The notes under the pieces: generated by a model | What the model was told of the DNA's origin: nothing | Seen by the model: only the letters and a program-made list of their open reading frames with translations | Databases searched by the model: none | Source of the DNA: Kudoa neothunni | Taxonomy: Eukaryota > Animalia > Cnidaria | Assembly: GCA_964304625.1 (NCBI GenBank) | Contig: OZ199840.1 | Span: forward strand, 841,284 to 905,283 | Length of the DNA stretch: 64,000 nucleotides | Direction of reading: 5' to 3' | Made by a program: the position numbers and the translations under genes | In this document: positions 41,264 to 55,415 of the stretch, piece after piece | How the letters are laid out: each line of letters opens with the position of its first letter | Position numbering within the stretch: position 1 is the stretch's first letter

Positions 41264-43619
41264 GGTAATGGTAAAGGAGACGGCTACTTGATTTTTACCT
41301 ATAAATTTCATTTATTTTCACCGATTCTTGCACGATAATTTTTTTCACAATTCTAAATATTGGGCAAGGTTATTCAATTCTCAACAAATTTAATTATAAA
41401 TTTTAAGAAATCTTCGGATTAATCTCCCAGTTGTATTATTTAAGCCGGTATTTTATTATGATTTAAATTGTTACTTCCTATTTGTATCACGTATACTTCA
41501 TAGTTATACACTTTTAATTGTCCATAATGAATCAAATATTTTTACCCAATGATCAGGTGGAATAATTCGCGTCAATCGTAGAAAATATCAGAGGTAATAA
41601 CGTAGGATGTGGCATCTCCAAAACAACCTTTTGCGCGTTGTTTTTTTGTCGATTCTTTGATGATTATTTATAATAATATAAATGAATACCGAGAGGAAGA
41701 ATTCAGCTAATTATGGTAACATCTAATTTTAGTGTAAATCCTATATACAACACCGTCGACACGCATGAAATCTTCGTTAAGTTTCTAATAACCAATGAAA
41801 AACATACTTTCATGTTCACATATTAACTTTTACATTTATAACACGCCTTAATAACATTTTTTGGATGGGTCGTTCCATAATTATACGACTCAGACCTTTA
41901 ATTAAACCTTACACATCTTATTATAAATATCTTCTCAATCATAATTGGTATTCCGAATAAGGACCTTTTAAAGAAACGTTACAATAAATTATCGCTTTTT
42001 GTAGTTTTTTATATTTTTTCGGTTAATTTATTTGAATTATAAAAAAAGTTATAATCATTTTATCATACAAATTTTGTCGTGAAATTTTTTATAGCGACAA
42101 TATAACGAACCTTCAATCGTCATTGTATTCGATATTTGTTAAAAAAAAATCTTTTAATAATAAATTTTTAAAAAAATACTCTTAACGAAAATTAATTATA
42201 CAAAACAAAAGAAGAAGCGTAAATGGAAATTTAGAAATAACATATTAAGTATATTTTACTCCTAACTGCATTTTTTAGATATATACGGTCTTTTAATTAG
42301 ATGCGCAATCTTTTTTCATATTTGTTAAACTAACAATTATATGTTGAGCCTTTAATGCTATAATGTTCTTAATTTTTGGGGGAAATTTGTAAATAATGAT
42401 GTTTTTTATGTCTAAGGTGTTTTACTATTTTACCGGTTGGTTTAATATTATATTATATAAAATTTAACATTAATTCTATATTAAATTCTTTACTTTGAGC
42501 TGTCTTCCGAAAATCTCCCTTTAAATATCGGCCCCGATTATTTTTGCGCTTCCTGCGAAGAAGCGACTCATCAATCTAAATAACATACCCTTTGCCACCA
42601 GATGGTTTTTGCAGAAGAAAATTAGAAGCGCGAATATTTCTTATTTTATTAAACCATACCCTCGCTGTTTTTGTAATCAAATTAATATTTTTGGATGCAG
42701 ATAAAATAGTTTTATCCATGCTCCAATTGTAAGTAAGTTTATATATTTCATTCACCGTTATGTTTGGGGTGAGATGAAACAAATTCAAACCTGAAAAAGA
42801 AAGTTTCACTTTGTGGAGATACCCTAGTTTTACATCTTCGGATTTCGAGACTAGTATTTAGGTACAAAATAATTACTTTTTAAAATAATAACTGAATGAA
42901 TAATCCACATCATTATTTTCATGAGATTTAATTTTAGGTATTGGCCCTTGGACGTTCAAATTCCTTTTGGTGAGGGAAAAACAATTGAATTTGTAACATT
43001 TGTTACAGTTAAATGAAGAGGAAGCAGACATTATCTCTCTACAAGTATATTGAACAATTTAATGAGAATATTAATCAATAAGAAAATCGCCGTCGTTATT
43101 AAGACTACCAGAACTCATTTTCTCTAACGCGCAAAATATTGATAAACTACTCGCTTAGATATTTTATATTTTGTTATTTAGATCAAACAATTCATCCCAA
43201 AAAATGCTATTTAAACGTATAATAAATGTAGAAGTTAATGTATACAAAATAAAGTGTGTTTTTGAGGTGCCACATCCTACGTTATTACCTCTGATATTTT
43301 CTACTATTAACGCGAATTATTCCACCTGATCATTGGGTAAAAATATTTGATTCATTATGGACAATGAAAAGTGTATAACTATGAAGTATACGCGATACAA
43401 ATAGGAAGTAACAATTTAAATCATAATAAAATACCGGCTTAAATAATACAACTGGGGGATTAATCCGAAGATTTCTTAAAATTTATAATTAAATTTTTTG
43501 AGAATTGAACGATTTTGACTAGCATGTAAAATTGTAAAAAAAATTATCATGCAAGAATCGGTGAAAATAAATGAAAATTTATAGGTAAAAATCAAGTAGC
43601 CGTCTCCTTTACCATTACC
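41264..43619 (-). mobile_element. Merlin (IS1016/IS1595-like) element with ~360-bp TIRs and decayed transposase
   Basis: TIR GGTAATGGTAAAGGAGACGGCTAC..., perfect 8-bp TSD GAAATATT. Remnant GGKGYVI*IDESLLRRKRKNNRGRY at ~42520-42810. Confidence 0.88.
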
Positions 43620-44099
43620 GAAATATTCATAACCCCCCTACTCAAAAATGGGGTTATTTTCACGATCAGTGTATTTAATCTATGTTTTTCTGTGATCACA
43701 TCAAAATGAATCAAGAAAAGTTTATCTAAAATTTATTTTTAAAACTACTTTATTTTAATAAATAATTAAAATTTGTAATATGTTATTTTATATCCACTTT
43801 ATTTCTCGTAACATTGAAAATCACTATCCCCATGTGGAAACCATTTCAACTCCCATTTTTTTTTAAACTATAAATAGTATTTAAGTCATTTACATCATGT
43901 GATAAAAAAGAATCTTGAATTATAATAAAGACTATTATTGCTAAAATATACTTAAAAAATATGGATAAAATATTTTTTATTCAAATAATTTATTTCAATT
44001 GTGAATCACTTAAAATATGCTTCTTTAGAAAGAGAAGAATTTATGAATACTTATTTTAAATAATATTATAATCAGACGTGGTTTACAAATATTTTAAAA

Positions 44100-44800
44100 T
44101 TTAAATTACGACTAGACTATTATCACATAGATGGTGTGATCGACTCTAGCAATAAGGTGAATTACACAGTTGCACCACGAGATGTTTTAAAATTTAGCTC
44201 ATTAAAGATGGACTGATTTAGATGTCATGTTTAAAAATTATATACGTACCTATAAATTCACTTAATTCGAACTTTCAAAACATCAATAATTTCATATATC
44301 CACATTTTTTCCCACAAAAAATAACAATCAATATAATTCCTTATGTTGTCTTTTGTAAACGATTTATGTTCTTCTCGCTCATTTCTCATGCATTGATTGT
44401 GAAATACATATATAAAATCTAACATCTCATTGTCAAGTAAGTTTAAGAGAGCCAAAACTAGAGTGTGGCAATTTTTAATGTGTTATTTGTGCCGACGGTG
44501 TTATATTTGAAAATACTTTCCTTCAGTTTGTCTTCGAGTGCATTTTGGTTCCTCAGGCAATTTTTTCTCCATCCTTTGATACCATCGTGTGAATATTTTC
44601 CATGCGATGATCAATTTTATTATCGAAATCATAATACTCCGACATGAGGTTTTCAATTGTACAGTCACTAATTTAGGAATCAAATTATTCAAAACGGTAA
44701 TCGTATTCAGTGAATTCACAATCCATTGAACAACGTTTATCACTAAAATGGACAGCATTATCTACATATTTTTATCCGTTAATTTAAACAGTTTACAAAT
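44100..44800 (-). pseudogene. Degenerate piggyBac-like transposase remnant (paralog of the 14.9-15.3 kb remnant)
   Basis: Fragments SKDGEK, LNLLDNEMLDFIYVFHNQ and FTKDNIRNYI; DNA similar to 15.0-15.3 kb. Confidence 0.35.
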
Positions 44801-45207
44801 TGTCTATAATAATGAAATTTTTTTTTACTATATCTATAATCCATGTATACAATAAACAATGAGTTATTCCAAAAAAACAAGAGACAATGATCATGTAAAT
44901 TTCTTTTGGTCGGTCCTGCGTGAATTAACGGTACTAATATCAAGAATTTTTAAAGATGCACATTTATTAAATAAAAAACAAACATTTTATATATGAAATT
45001 TTGAAAGTTATGTTTCTAAAAACTTTAGCATTTAGTAGCAATAAAGAAAGGTATACATTCTTAATTAAAAATATATCTAATAATCTTCCTGCAAACAATC
45101 AATCGATAATACTTAAAAATTATAGTTTGGAATTGAATATAATATTTTTTAAATTAAATAAATATCAAAGTGTTATATTTTTAATTAACCTCATCATCGA
45201 AATGAAT

Positions 45208-48191
45208 CTAATTTCTATTCTTCCGGTATCCAAAATAGAATCCTGCTCCAATAACAACAAGAGCTATTGGAACTACAGTAGCAATAATTCTAAATATCAA
45301 AGTAAAACAAGACATATCTACTTATTATACATTGTATTGGTTGATCTAAACAAATTTAAAAGTAGTATTTACATATAAAAATTACGTAGATTTGTTGGAG
45401 GTTTCACCTATTATTTAATTTAAAAATTGATATAAGTAATCTAATTTTACCTTTATTAATTTTTTCACGCCCAAATACATTACTTTGGACACTATGGTAT
45501 ACTTCCAACTGATAATTACTCGTGTCTTCAACATCGGAAATAACGAATTCCCTGCAAGAAGGAAATACATCGCAACCCTCACCAACTACCATGCATTTCT
45601 TAACAATTTGGTTGACGGGGTCGTCCAAATTTATTAATTTCCATTTACACAAAGAATTTTGGTCTACATCATTCGGTAAAGTCGTTTTCACATTTATAGT
45701 TGTATCTTCACGGGTAATAACAATTGTTATTTTTTTCGTGGGGTTCACATGTGGTGTAGCCGATGGATCTGAAATTAAATATTAATTATTGAATTTAAAT
45801 ATAATTTTTAATCATAGTTTTATTAATATTTAATTAAATTTTTGAGGTTAATATATAATAAATTTTACTTTTGGGTATGTGTATTGTAGTTTCAGTAGAT
45901 CTTCCAACGGCTGTCACTAAAACTCTGTACTCTTTGTCTGCTTCGTATCCTTCACTAAATATGATACTACTACATGAGGGTGGTACTTCACAAGATGGGA
46001 TTGTAAGCTTATTAGTCGGCGTGACGTTTGTTGATGGTTGACCTGTAGATCTAGCAACTCCAGATTGTGAGAGAGTTGATTTCATATCAGATTTTGCAGT
46101 ATTTCCTGTCAATTGTGGTGCTGGGACATTCATACAACATATCATACGTTTCGCCTTTCTTTACTTCTACTTTGTAGTGGCATACAGCTTCGGCATAAGG
46201 TGAAGATAATGTGCCTACTACTTTAAAACCTTTTTCCAAAAATTGATTTTCTAGTTTGAGAATTGACATTTCTTAACAATCATAATTTAAAGTTAAATAT
46301 ACGATTAAGTTTTATACCTGTCCTTATTTGAAAGACTTTAGAACCGTGCTCTTTGTGCGCGACAACCTTTAGATCGTATTCTGTTCCGGGAGTAAGTCCC
46401 ACAATATTTTGAATGTCTCTACAGAATCCTCTGCATGGATAACTATCCATACACATTGCACAAACGTATACATCCTTTCCACGGGGGCTGAGATAGTAAG
46501 CACATGTGATATCTGTGTTGGTGGGGGTCTGTTTTAACATCGATTGCTTTAATAGAAAGATGTGTATCCTTGACGGTTGTTGTTGAGTCGATAAATACTG
46601 GGTTAGCGGTTGCATCTATATAATATGTATATATTATATATATATATATATAAATGGATTTTTTAAATACTTGTTCTGAAGAATATATGTTCTTTAAAAT
46701 TGGCTGGAACAAGATTGTTAGCTGTTGCATCTGCTTTAATTACAAGAATATAAGGTTTTCCACTGGCAAGTGAGGATATTGTTAATGCTGAACCACACAC
46801 AGCGCCACATCCGCTACTGCCGGTTCCACAATTAGCCCCTGTACCTTCCGCATCAGCCAAAGAAGGTTTATTGGCAGCATAATAATTAACGGTACATGAA
46901 GAGAATTTTGTGGTACCAGATGGATTAAATAAGCTTGCATTTAGTGTAACACCCGGTGGATGTGTACGCTGATAGTAATTCATCATAAGTACCATCAACC
47001 TTTTTATCGTTAATAACTAAATACATATTATTTGAAATACTTAACTTCAATAAAAACCAAATTTCTTTTGTTTATATCCAAAATACGTAGTGTCACTTTT
47101 TTTCTATTTGAAAATGTCTGGTTTGTATCAATATTTCAACAACTGCTTTTGATGCACCGAAGGTAAGTTCTACATTATTACACGGTGCGTAGCAATCTTT
47201 ATCTTTACCACCACAATTTGATGTGTAATCTTTAGTAGTTCCAGCTACAACTGCAGTGGATTCTTGCTTTATACCAAATCGGCAGATTTCAAAAGGAAAT
47301 TTATTAGTAAATTTAAGTAAGTATTTATCTTTCCCTTCCTTATTGTATTTCACATAATATTGTGGTATGTAAACGTCGGTGTTCATCAAAGTATAATTAT
47401 TTTGAAGTTTATAAAAGAATGATGGATAACCCACGCATTTCATTTCATAATGCGGAATCAACAAATCAAATTCTACTTCACTATCATTTGCTGTGACACA
47501 ATTAGTTCCGGCGGTTCCTGCAACATATTGTACTCCCTTATAGGTAATAGGACAATCAACTTTCTTACATGTTGTCGTACTCAACTTCAATTTACTTCCA
47601 CTTGTTGTTATTGTAACTTGTGGGTTTACCAACAAACCTATAAATATATATACTGGAAGACTAATATACTTATTAATTACGAGTTTCTAGCCCAAAAATT
47701 GATTTGGCTCTAGTTTCTGTAGATGCAGCCTGTGCCTCACTCGCCATAAAAATACCAATATATTTTGTCCTCGGGGAGAATATATCATACGTGAGTTTAT
47801 TATCATTTCTTGTGCAGGTGATGACGCACTTGCCGCCACCATATATATTATCAGTTCCAGTGCACTCATTAATATCTTGATAAACAACCTCATCGTCATT
47901 TAATTTTTTAATGTAACAATGGTTCAAGTCGGTAAAATCACCGCCTTTTAATACCAAATGGACTTTCATATTGCTACCATCCTTAACAATCCTATATGTG
48001 AGGGATTCTCTTTCAGCTGTCTGAGATTGAGGTTGATCTTGAGGTTTTTGCCGTTGTGGCTGTTGAGGTTCAGACCCCCTTGTATCTTGTAGAGTAGATC
48101 TCGCTATATTCGAATTTTATAATGTTCAATAGTAGAAATAGTTACAAATAACTGAAAAAATTATTCCTATTAAATAGAGAAATCCTTTCAT
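45208..48191 (-). pseudogene. Array copy 5, with four +1 homopolymer frameshifts (pseudogene or sequencing error)
   Basis: Full exon set. Extra bases near 47100, 46954, 46525 and 46124, all in mononucleotide runs. Confidence 0.75.
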
Positions 48192-49168
48192 TTTGATTTA
48201 AATAATCAAAAACGATAATTAACGTTCTATTCATGAAGAACATTAAATAGAATCTATGAACACTTAATAATACTTTCGTACCTATTAATACTATAATTCT
48301 GCAAAATTATTACCCTATGAATACGTTTATTATTAAGTTTAAATAAATATCGTTTATCAAAAACTATTAACAACAAAAATGTATTGATATTATTACAAAA
48401 CTTAAAAATCTTATGAATTAAAAAAGTTGTAAATGTATTTAACTTTAAATTAATTAAAATCCTTATCAAAAAATAAACAAATAATTTTAATTTTAATAAT
48501 TTCTATATCGTATTTAAAAAAATTCTTAACATAGACTTAAATAGCTTCTTTATAATTAAACAGATTATTTATTACAATTTTAATGGTAATCTGGAAGTAT
48601 GTGACAGTAAAATTTAAGGTGGTTGCGCATGCTTTAGATACCCGATTTATATACAGTTTAATTTTATACATTTTTCAAATATTGAGTGGGAAAGAAATTA
48701 CCCTAAAAATTATTAAACAAAAAATCAATATTTTACGAATCGTGAACAATCGTTGGCGGCGAAATCATTATCGGTGTTTGTCGTTTCAGTTTATTATTGA
48801 CTTTATAAGCGTTAGAACAACTCTATTCTTACATAATAATTTTTCGTTTTTAGTTTGAAATTTAATGAAACAATCATTACAGTTTCATATAATTTCTCGA
48901 TTAATATTTTTGAGATTCAAAAATTTACTCTAAAATCCCCCAAATCGTCGCTCTGATTGTCATCGCTACAATACAATGGTCATATGTAAGAGGAAAAGGC
49001 GAAAGGTGAATATGAGTTCATCAACATTAAGGAATGGAGATGAAGATATTCATTTATCATATAGATGCAAAAAGTATACAAAATATAAGTCTCGCATTAA
49101 ATATTCTTAGAAATGATTGCAAAACCTAATTTTCCGCAAGAAACTCTACATTTTTTGGATTAAAAGGA

Positions 49169-50014
49169 ATGGATGGTCACAACGTTTCCAAACTTACGAT
49201 TAGGGATATTTTCGAGCTGATTTACATGTGGTCAGTAGAAGTCAATCATACTTCTACAGTTTCTTTGACTGGAATTAGCGAGAAAGCGGTAACGTTTCGG
49301 TTTGACCGCTTCAAAGAAATTTGCAACAATCTTTTTCAAAGTCGCTCTAAACTAGGAAAAGAAGGGACCATCATTGAGATCGATGAGACGCTTTTAAGAG
49401 GCAGAAGAAAAAATAATCGTGGTCGCTATTTATCATTAGACCAGTGGCGTACTGATCCAGATGCATCCTACGAATTTGATATTGGTGAAGAAGAACAAGA
49501 TGATTCGAGCACCAGCACCAGCATCAACCGAGAGAAATATAACAACAGAATTGATGGACCTTGGGTTTTAGGAATATGCGAATGTTCGGTCGATAACAAT
49601 CAAAAAAGAAGCTTAATAGAATCTCGTTTCTTTATTGTAGAAAAGAGAAATATAGAAACACTTATCCCAATCATTTTAAATGAAGTTGAGACGGACGCTT
49701 CTATTTATACAGATGAATGGTTGGCTTATCGGCCCTTGTCCACATATGGCTATCGTCATCATACGATCAACCATACATTGGAATACGTTTCCGAAGATGG
49801 CTCACACACAAATACTGTTGAGGTGGTGTGGCACCATTTAAAAATTAAGATTATTCGCAATATGTGTGGAGTGCCGCGTGCTAAACTATACTCATATCTA
49901 TTGGAGGAGTGGTTTAGATCCAAGTATGATGATAGATGGAAATTTTTCGAAGATTTTCTCTCCCATATTGCGACCTTGTATCCAATTATTTGTACCAACA
50001 GCACCATTAATTAG
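49169..50014 (+). CDS. Merlin/ISXO2-like DDE transposase (catalytic part; upstream N-terminus disrupted)
   Basis: IIEIDET..RRKNNRGR, GPWVLG, IYTDEWLAY and HTNTVEVVWHHLK motifs. Confidence 0.85.
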   Translation: MDGHNVSKLTIRDIFELIYMWSVEVNHTSTVSLTGISEKAVTFRFDRFKEICNNLFQSRSKLGKEGTIIEIDETLLRGRRKNNRGRYLSLDQWRTDPDASYEFDIGEEEQDDSSTSTSINREKYNNRIDGPWVLGICECSVDNNQKRSLIESRFFIVEKRNIETLIPIILNEVETDASIYTDEWLAYRPLSTYGYRHHTINHTLEYVSEDGSHTNTVEVVWHHLKIKIIRNMCGVPRAKLYSYLLEEWFRSKYDDRWKFFEDFLSHIATLYPIICTNSTIN

Positions 50015-50209
50015 TTATTCCAATGGATTTTAACTTCGTTTTAAATTTTTCTCCCCGTATAAATGCAATTAAATTCAATTTTATACGATAGTATTATTTA
50101 TAAGTTTTTTCGATAAGTATTCAAAGATAAAATGATAATAATTATGAAACAAGTTCTATATTTCGCATATGAATAAATGTCATATTTAGTATATGACATT
50201 TAAAATAGT

Positions 50210-51834
50210 GGTAATGGTAAAGGAAACGGCTACTAAATTTTAACCGCTAAACTTCATTTCTTTTCACCGAGTTTTTCACAATAATTTTTTTTACAATTTT
50301 ACATGCTAGTCAAAATCGTTCAATTCTCTAAAATTTAATCATAAATTTTAATAAATCTCCGGATTAATCTCCCAGTTGTGTTATTTAAGTCTGTATTATA
50401 TTAGGATTTGAATCGTTATTTTCCCTATTTGTATCATGTATACTTCATAGTTATGCACTTTTTATTGTCCGTAATGAATCAGATATTTTTACCCAATGAT
50501 CAGGTGGAATAATTCGCATTAATAGTAGTTAGATTCACAATTCGATGTTGTAAAACTAAGGTAATTCCTCGAACTGGAACTTTTTTCGAGTTGGGATTTG
50601 TTTCATCATCCCCAAAACATAACGGTGAAGAAGATATGTATGATTATTTACAACTGGAGCATGGATGAAACTATTCTATGCGCCTTCGAAAATACTAATG
50701 TAACCACAAGAACATCGGGCTATTGTTAAAAAATTAGGAATATTCGTGCGTTTAATGTTCATAAGCGTAAACCTTTTGATGGTAAAAAGCATTTAATTGA
50801 AAATGAAAAAATAATCCTCACGGAATGCTGAAAAATTGTTGGGCCGTTGGCCGATACCTTAAATGAAATTTTTTGAAAACTATGGCGTGCCAATTATTTA
50901 TCATTTTATCAAATTATATGTCGCAGTAACTGCCTCATTAGAATAATTTTTATAACAATTTATCGTGAGTAAAGAATTAATGTTAAGTTATAATATAATG
51001 TTAAACTAACTGGTAAATAATAAAATATTATAGAAATAGAGAAAACTCACAATTATCTGGAAATTTTAACAGCAGATTTAAAATAAAACAATTAGTTTTA
51101 AAAATGTAAGAAAAGATTTAACATAAAACTTTGAGACCATATGTATCCAAAAAAACCTTGTGACACATGTAATATATGTTGTGACAATATATTATTAAAT
51201 TCAGATTCATATTACTCATTTTATTTTGTGTAAATAGTTTTTTAAAAAAATGATTTTTCAAAAATTAATTGTTACAATATTTTTTTTTAGAATTATTATA
51301 TATAATGAAGTTTGACGATTGCTTATATTGTCACTATAAAATTTCATCATAAAATTTTGATGATATAACGATCATAGCTTTTTTTATAACTCAGATAAAT
51401 TAACTAAAAAAATACATAAACTAAGATAAACGATAATTGATCGTATTGTCATTTGGAATGATTCAAAGTCAATGTACAAAAAAAATAGACTAGATAATTT
51501 GAAGTAAGATGTCTAAAGCTTAATTAAACGACTGAGTCGTATAATTTTGGAATGATGCATTACTATAAATCTAATTAAGACATATAATAAATTTAGAAGT
51601 TAGTGTATACAAAATAAGGTGGTTTTTCATTGGTCATTGGAAATTTAACAAAGATTTTACGTGTGCCGATAACATTCTTTTCGGAATTTTGTACCAAAAT
51701 TAGATGTTACCATAACTGGCCGAATACCATCTCTCTGCATTATTTTATTTTGATATGAAAAATCGTGAAAGAATGGGCGAAAATAAATGAAATTCAGCGG
51801 TTGAAATTTAGTAGCCGTTTCCTGTAACATTACC
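50210..51834. mobile_element. Nested non-autonomous Merlin element, same family as 41264-43619
   Basis: Ends GGTAATGGTAAAGGAAACGGCTAC and GTAGCCGTTTCCTGTAACATTACC; first ~310 bp match the 41264 TIR; degenerate 8-bp TSD. Confidence 0.75.
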
Positions 51835-53388
51835 AAATTTGTTTTCTCCTAATAGTAACTTTTTATCTGAAAATTATTGATCTATTATTGAATTTTAAAT
51901 GATAGCTAATATATAAACGGAGATAACCAATTTAGTAATAATTAGTAATCCTGCATTTTCAATCAAAAATCTAGAATTGGGTTTCTTAATACAATGAATT
52001 TTAAGTAATTATCATAGCACAAATTTGAAGAATTTAAATTATATTAGATGATAATCACAAAAATTATTTAATTCGTTTAACTCTCTTTACGACATACAGA
52101 ATTCCAAATCTTTTATAAAAACGTAAAGCATGACCTTTTACTTCTATAAAATTTTAGAATTTTTTAAGTTCCTTGTGTATATAGTTTTTTTTATCCTCAT
52201 TATAAAATTTTAACGTTTTAAAAAGCTTTTACGCGGATTCCACATAATCATTTATTTTTTTTCTCTCATTGTGGTGCAGTTACTATTTAAAATAAATATA
52301 CTAAAAAAATGTGATTTATTCAAATTCATACTTTATAATTAATTAAGAATTTTTTTAAAATTATCTTGATATAATTTCCTTTTTTAATTCCATATGGATA
52401 ATTATTTATCATCTAGAGTAAACCTTACTCTAGATGATTCGTAGTATAATATTATTATATTAATGGTGAAAGTTCAATTATGCTAACTATTACGCTTGAT
52501 CGAACAAAAACATTCCGGTTATCCTGAGCTAATTATCCGATTTATAAAATTTAAATAAAATCGTGGTTTTAGTGAAAATAAATGATATTTTATTGATTCA
52601 AACCTAATATATCGAATTTTACGTCGGAGGGTTAAATTTCTTACGTGAATATATACATATATGAAAACATTTTCGCCATATGTGTACAGATGAGCACGCA
52701 TGCAAACATGAGAAGACAAACATGGTGTTCTGTATTTATATGTATGATAATATATGAGCTTTTATGTTAAATAAATGAATTTGTTGACGATTCCATAGCA
52801 TCGAATTGAACATTAACAATATAGCCGAGTAGGCAAGAATAGTATTAGTATGTATAATAATGCCAACGATTGTTCACGATTCGTAAAATGTCTATTTTTT
52901 TTGTTTAATAATTTTTAGGGTAATTTCTTTACCACTCAATATTTGAAAAATGTATAAAATTAAACTGTATATAAATCGGGTATCTAGAGCATGCGCAACC
53001 ACGTTAAATTTTACTGTCACATACTCCCAGATTACCCAATGTAATTATTGTCTTCATGTTTCAACCCATCAACCCAGATTATAATGATTTTTATGTCTAT
53101 TCATAATATTTCAACGATTCCATTACTTTCCCCAATTGATGTTGTTATCTTCCTTATTGTCATAATAATTAATTATAAATTTTATACAAATATTCCCTAT
53201 AAAAATTCAAAATAAATTTTTAATTATTAAATTAGATAAACTATGTTCGTTAAATTTCAAATTTATTTTTTAATTTTGCTAAATACAATTTTTAATAACA
53301 ACAAAAATTAATATAGATTTTCAAATTAATTTTAAAAACTTTAATATTTTCAGGGCATTATCAAATCGTTGGATTAACTTACTAAATA

Positions 53389-55415
53389 CAGTCGAGATTG
53401 GATATTGCGTGGGTTTCTGGGACCAACAAAAACCCACGCAATAACAAATTTTTACGCAATATCCAGACCTTTGCGTGCGCAGTGTACTATAAAATATGAT
53501 TTTTTCGTGTTTACGTCCGATGCCAATTAGTGAAAATCAAATTTTTATATATAAATATATTATTTAATTAAATGAAATGTGATTTATCAAATTTTGTCGA
53601 AAAAGCTTGTAATTTTAGTTTGTCGGAATCTTTCTCTTGATATTTTTAAAACTCGGTCCATTATGGGATGTAAATCAAACAATCCCCTCGGATCCTCTTT
53701 AATAAAAGCTTCCCTCAGAACGTTCACTGCATTTTTCATTTGATTAATTGAAACTTTGATGTCTTCAATGATTGATTCGCTATCGTCAGATTCGTCACTT
53801 ATGGGCAATAAGTCCTCATTATTTTCTTCCTCGCATGTTGCTTCATAATCGTCATCAAACATATTTTCTGAATCTTCGATTTCATCTAGAAAAAATTAAT
53901 TACGTATACGTTAAATATTACCTTGAGAACAGTTGCTGATTTGAGGTATCTCACTCACATCTTCTTGGTCTATAAACTGATAATAACTTTATTGTCGTAA
54001 TTTTATTTAATACCTCCAAATATTTTTGATTTTTTAAAGCAATTAATAATAATTTGCGGCGGAATACTTTCCCAACATTTAGTTAATGTTATCATTGAGT
54101 CAAGCAATGTATATTTTTTTATGATAGAATCTTCGCATAAAACCATTCGCTCGGTCATTGAACTTTTGTACCTGCTTTTAAGGCAGCGAATGATGCCTAA
54201 ATCAAAGGGTTGTAAAATACTAGTTGTATTTTTAGGTAAGAACAAAAATTTGATATTTTCAAAGCAATCAATATTTTTTGGATGGCCTGGACATTGGTCC
54301 AACAAAATTAAGACTTTTCTATTCTGATTTATCATCCTTCGGTTAAACTTTTTCATTATTTCGATAAATATACTAGAAATCATCCATGCACTTTTTTGTG
54401 CATAATATTCACATGGGAGGTGTTTGACTCTTTTAAAACATCTAGGATTTTGAAATTTCCCGATAACAACTAATGGGAACTTATCCCCATTTAAAGCTGA
54501 GGACAGTAAAACAGTCACCCTTTTTTTGGATAATTTTTTCCCCTTAATCCCGACTTCCTCCTTTAAAACGTAACTACTATTTTGTAACTGCTCATAATAA
54601 AGAGCAGTTTCGTCGATGTTAATAACGTCTTTTGGATTATATGCTCTAATCAAATCAATGTTCTCAATAATCCATGAGTCGACAGATGCAACATCTGCAC
54701 TCGCAGCCTCGCCATGGAACTTTTTGAAAACTATCCCATATCTTGACTTGAACCCTGCAAGCCATCCCTTGCTGGCTTTAAAATTGGAAACTTTGTTTTC
54801 ATTTGCAATATAAGAAGCTTTTTTGATAATGGCATCTCCTGACAGAACGTTACCATTCGACCGTTGTTTAACAAACCAATCATACACTTCATCGTCTATA
54901 TTTTTGAATCTGCCTGCCGAATGTCTCTTCCTTTTACTTTCAATATCTGTATTTTTGAATTTATCTTCGTGCGAAAGAATTCTATCAAGTGTTGAATGAC
55001 CTTAAATGTGATTTTACAATAGTATTCAATAGAAGACTACAATACCACTCAATTTAAACTTGGAAATTGTCATTGATATCGCACCCTTCAACGTTTTTAT
55101 TGAATTGTAGTAATGGATGATTTCCATTTTCTCTGAAATATTGCGTTGTTCACGGGACATAATGAAAAAACACTATCTGAATTAAACCAATTGACCACAA
55201 AAAACCACTCAATAACGAGTCACGCTGCGCCTAACAACCACGCAATAACGAGACTTTTTGTATTAATAAATTTTTTTAAATTTTTTGTTAACAAATATTT
55301 TTACATTACAATAAGATAATAACAATTTGAAAAAACTATGTTTCTCTCTTTAAAGGATAACTTTGAAAATCTCTAATTACGCAATATCCAGTCACGCAAT
55401 ATCCAATCTCGACTG
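53389..55415 (-). mobile_element. pogo/Tigger transposon, apparently intact
   Basis: Perfect 23-bp TIR CAGTCGAGATTGGATATTGCGTG, TA TSD, subterminal ACGCAATA repeats. Empty site at ~32795. Confidence 0.93.
53587..55160 (-). CDS. pogo/Tigger transposase, 4 exons
   Basis: ATG 55160 MSREQRNISEKMEII; CENP-B HTH; INIDET, ILLDQC and LPKNTTSILQPFD catalytic motifs; acidic tail and terminal PIP box QTKITSFF. Three short phase-1 introns restore a single frame. Confidence 0.85.

Larger units (their letters stand above)
48585..53036 (+). mobile_element. Merlin (IS1595/ISXO2-like) transposon
   Basis: ~175-bp TIR GGTAATCTGG(A/G)AGTATGTGACAG..., degenerate ~9-bp TSD CAAT(T/G)TAAT. Empty site at ~32447 upstream of copy 3. 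Confidence 0.85.
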
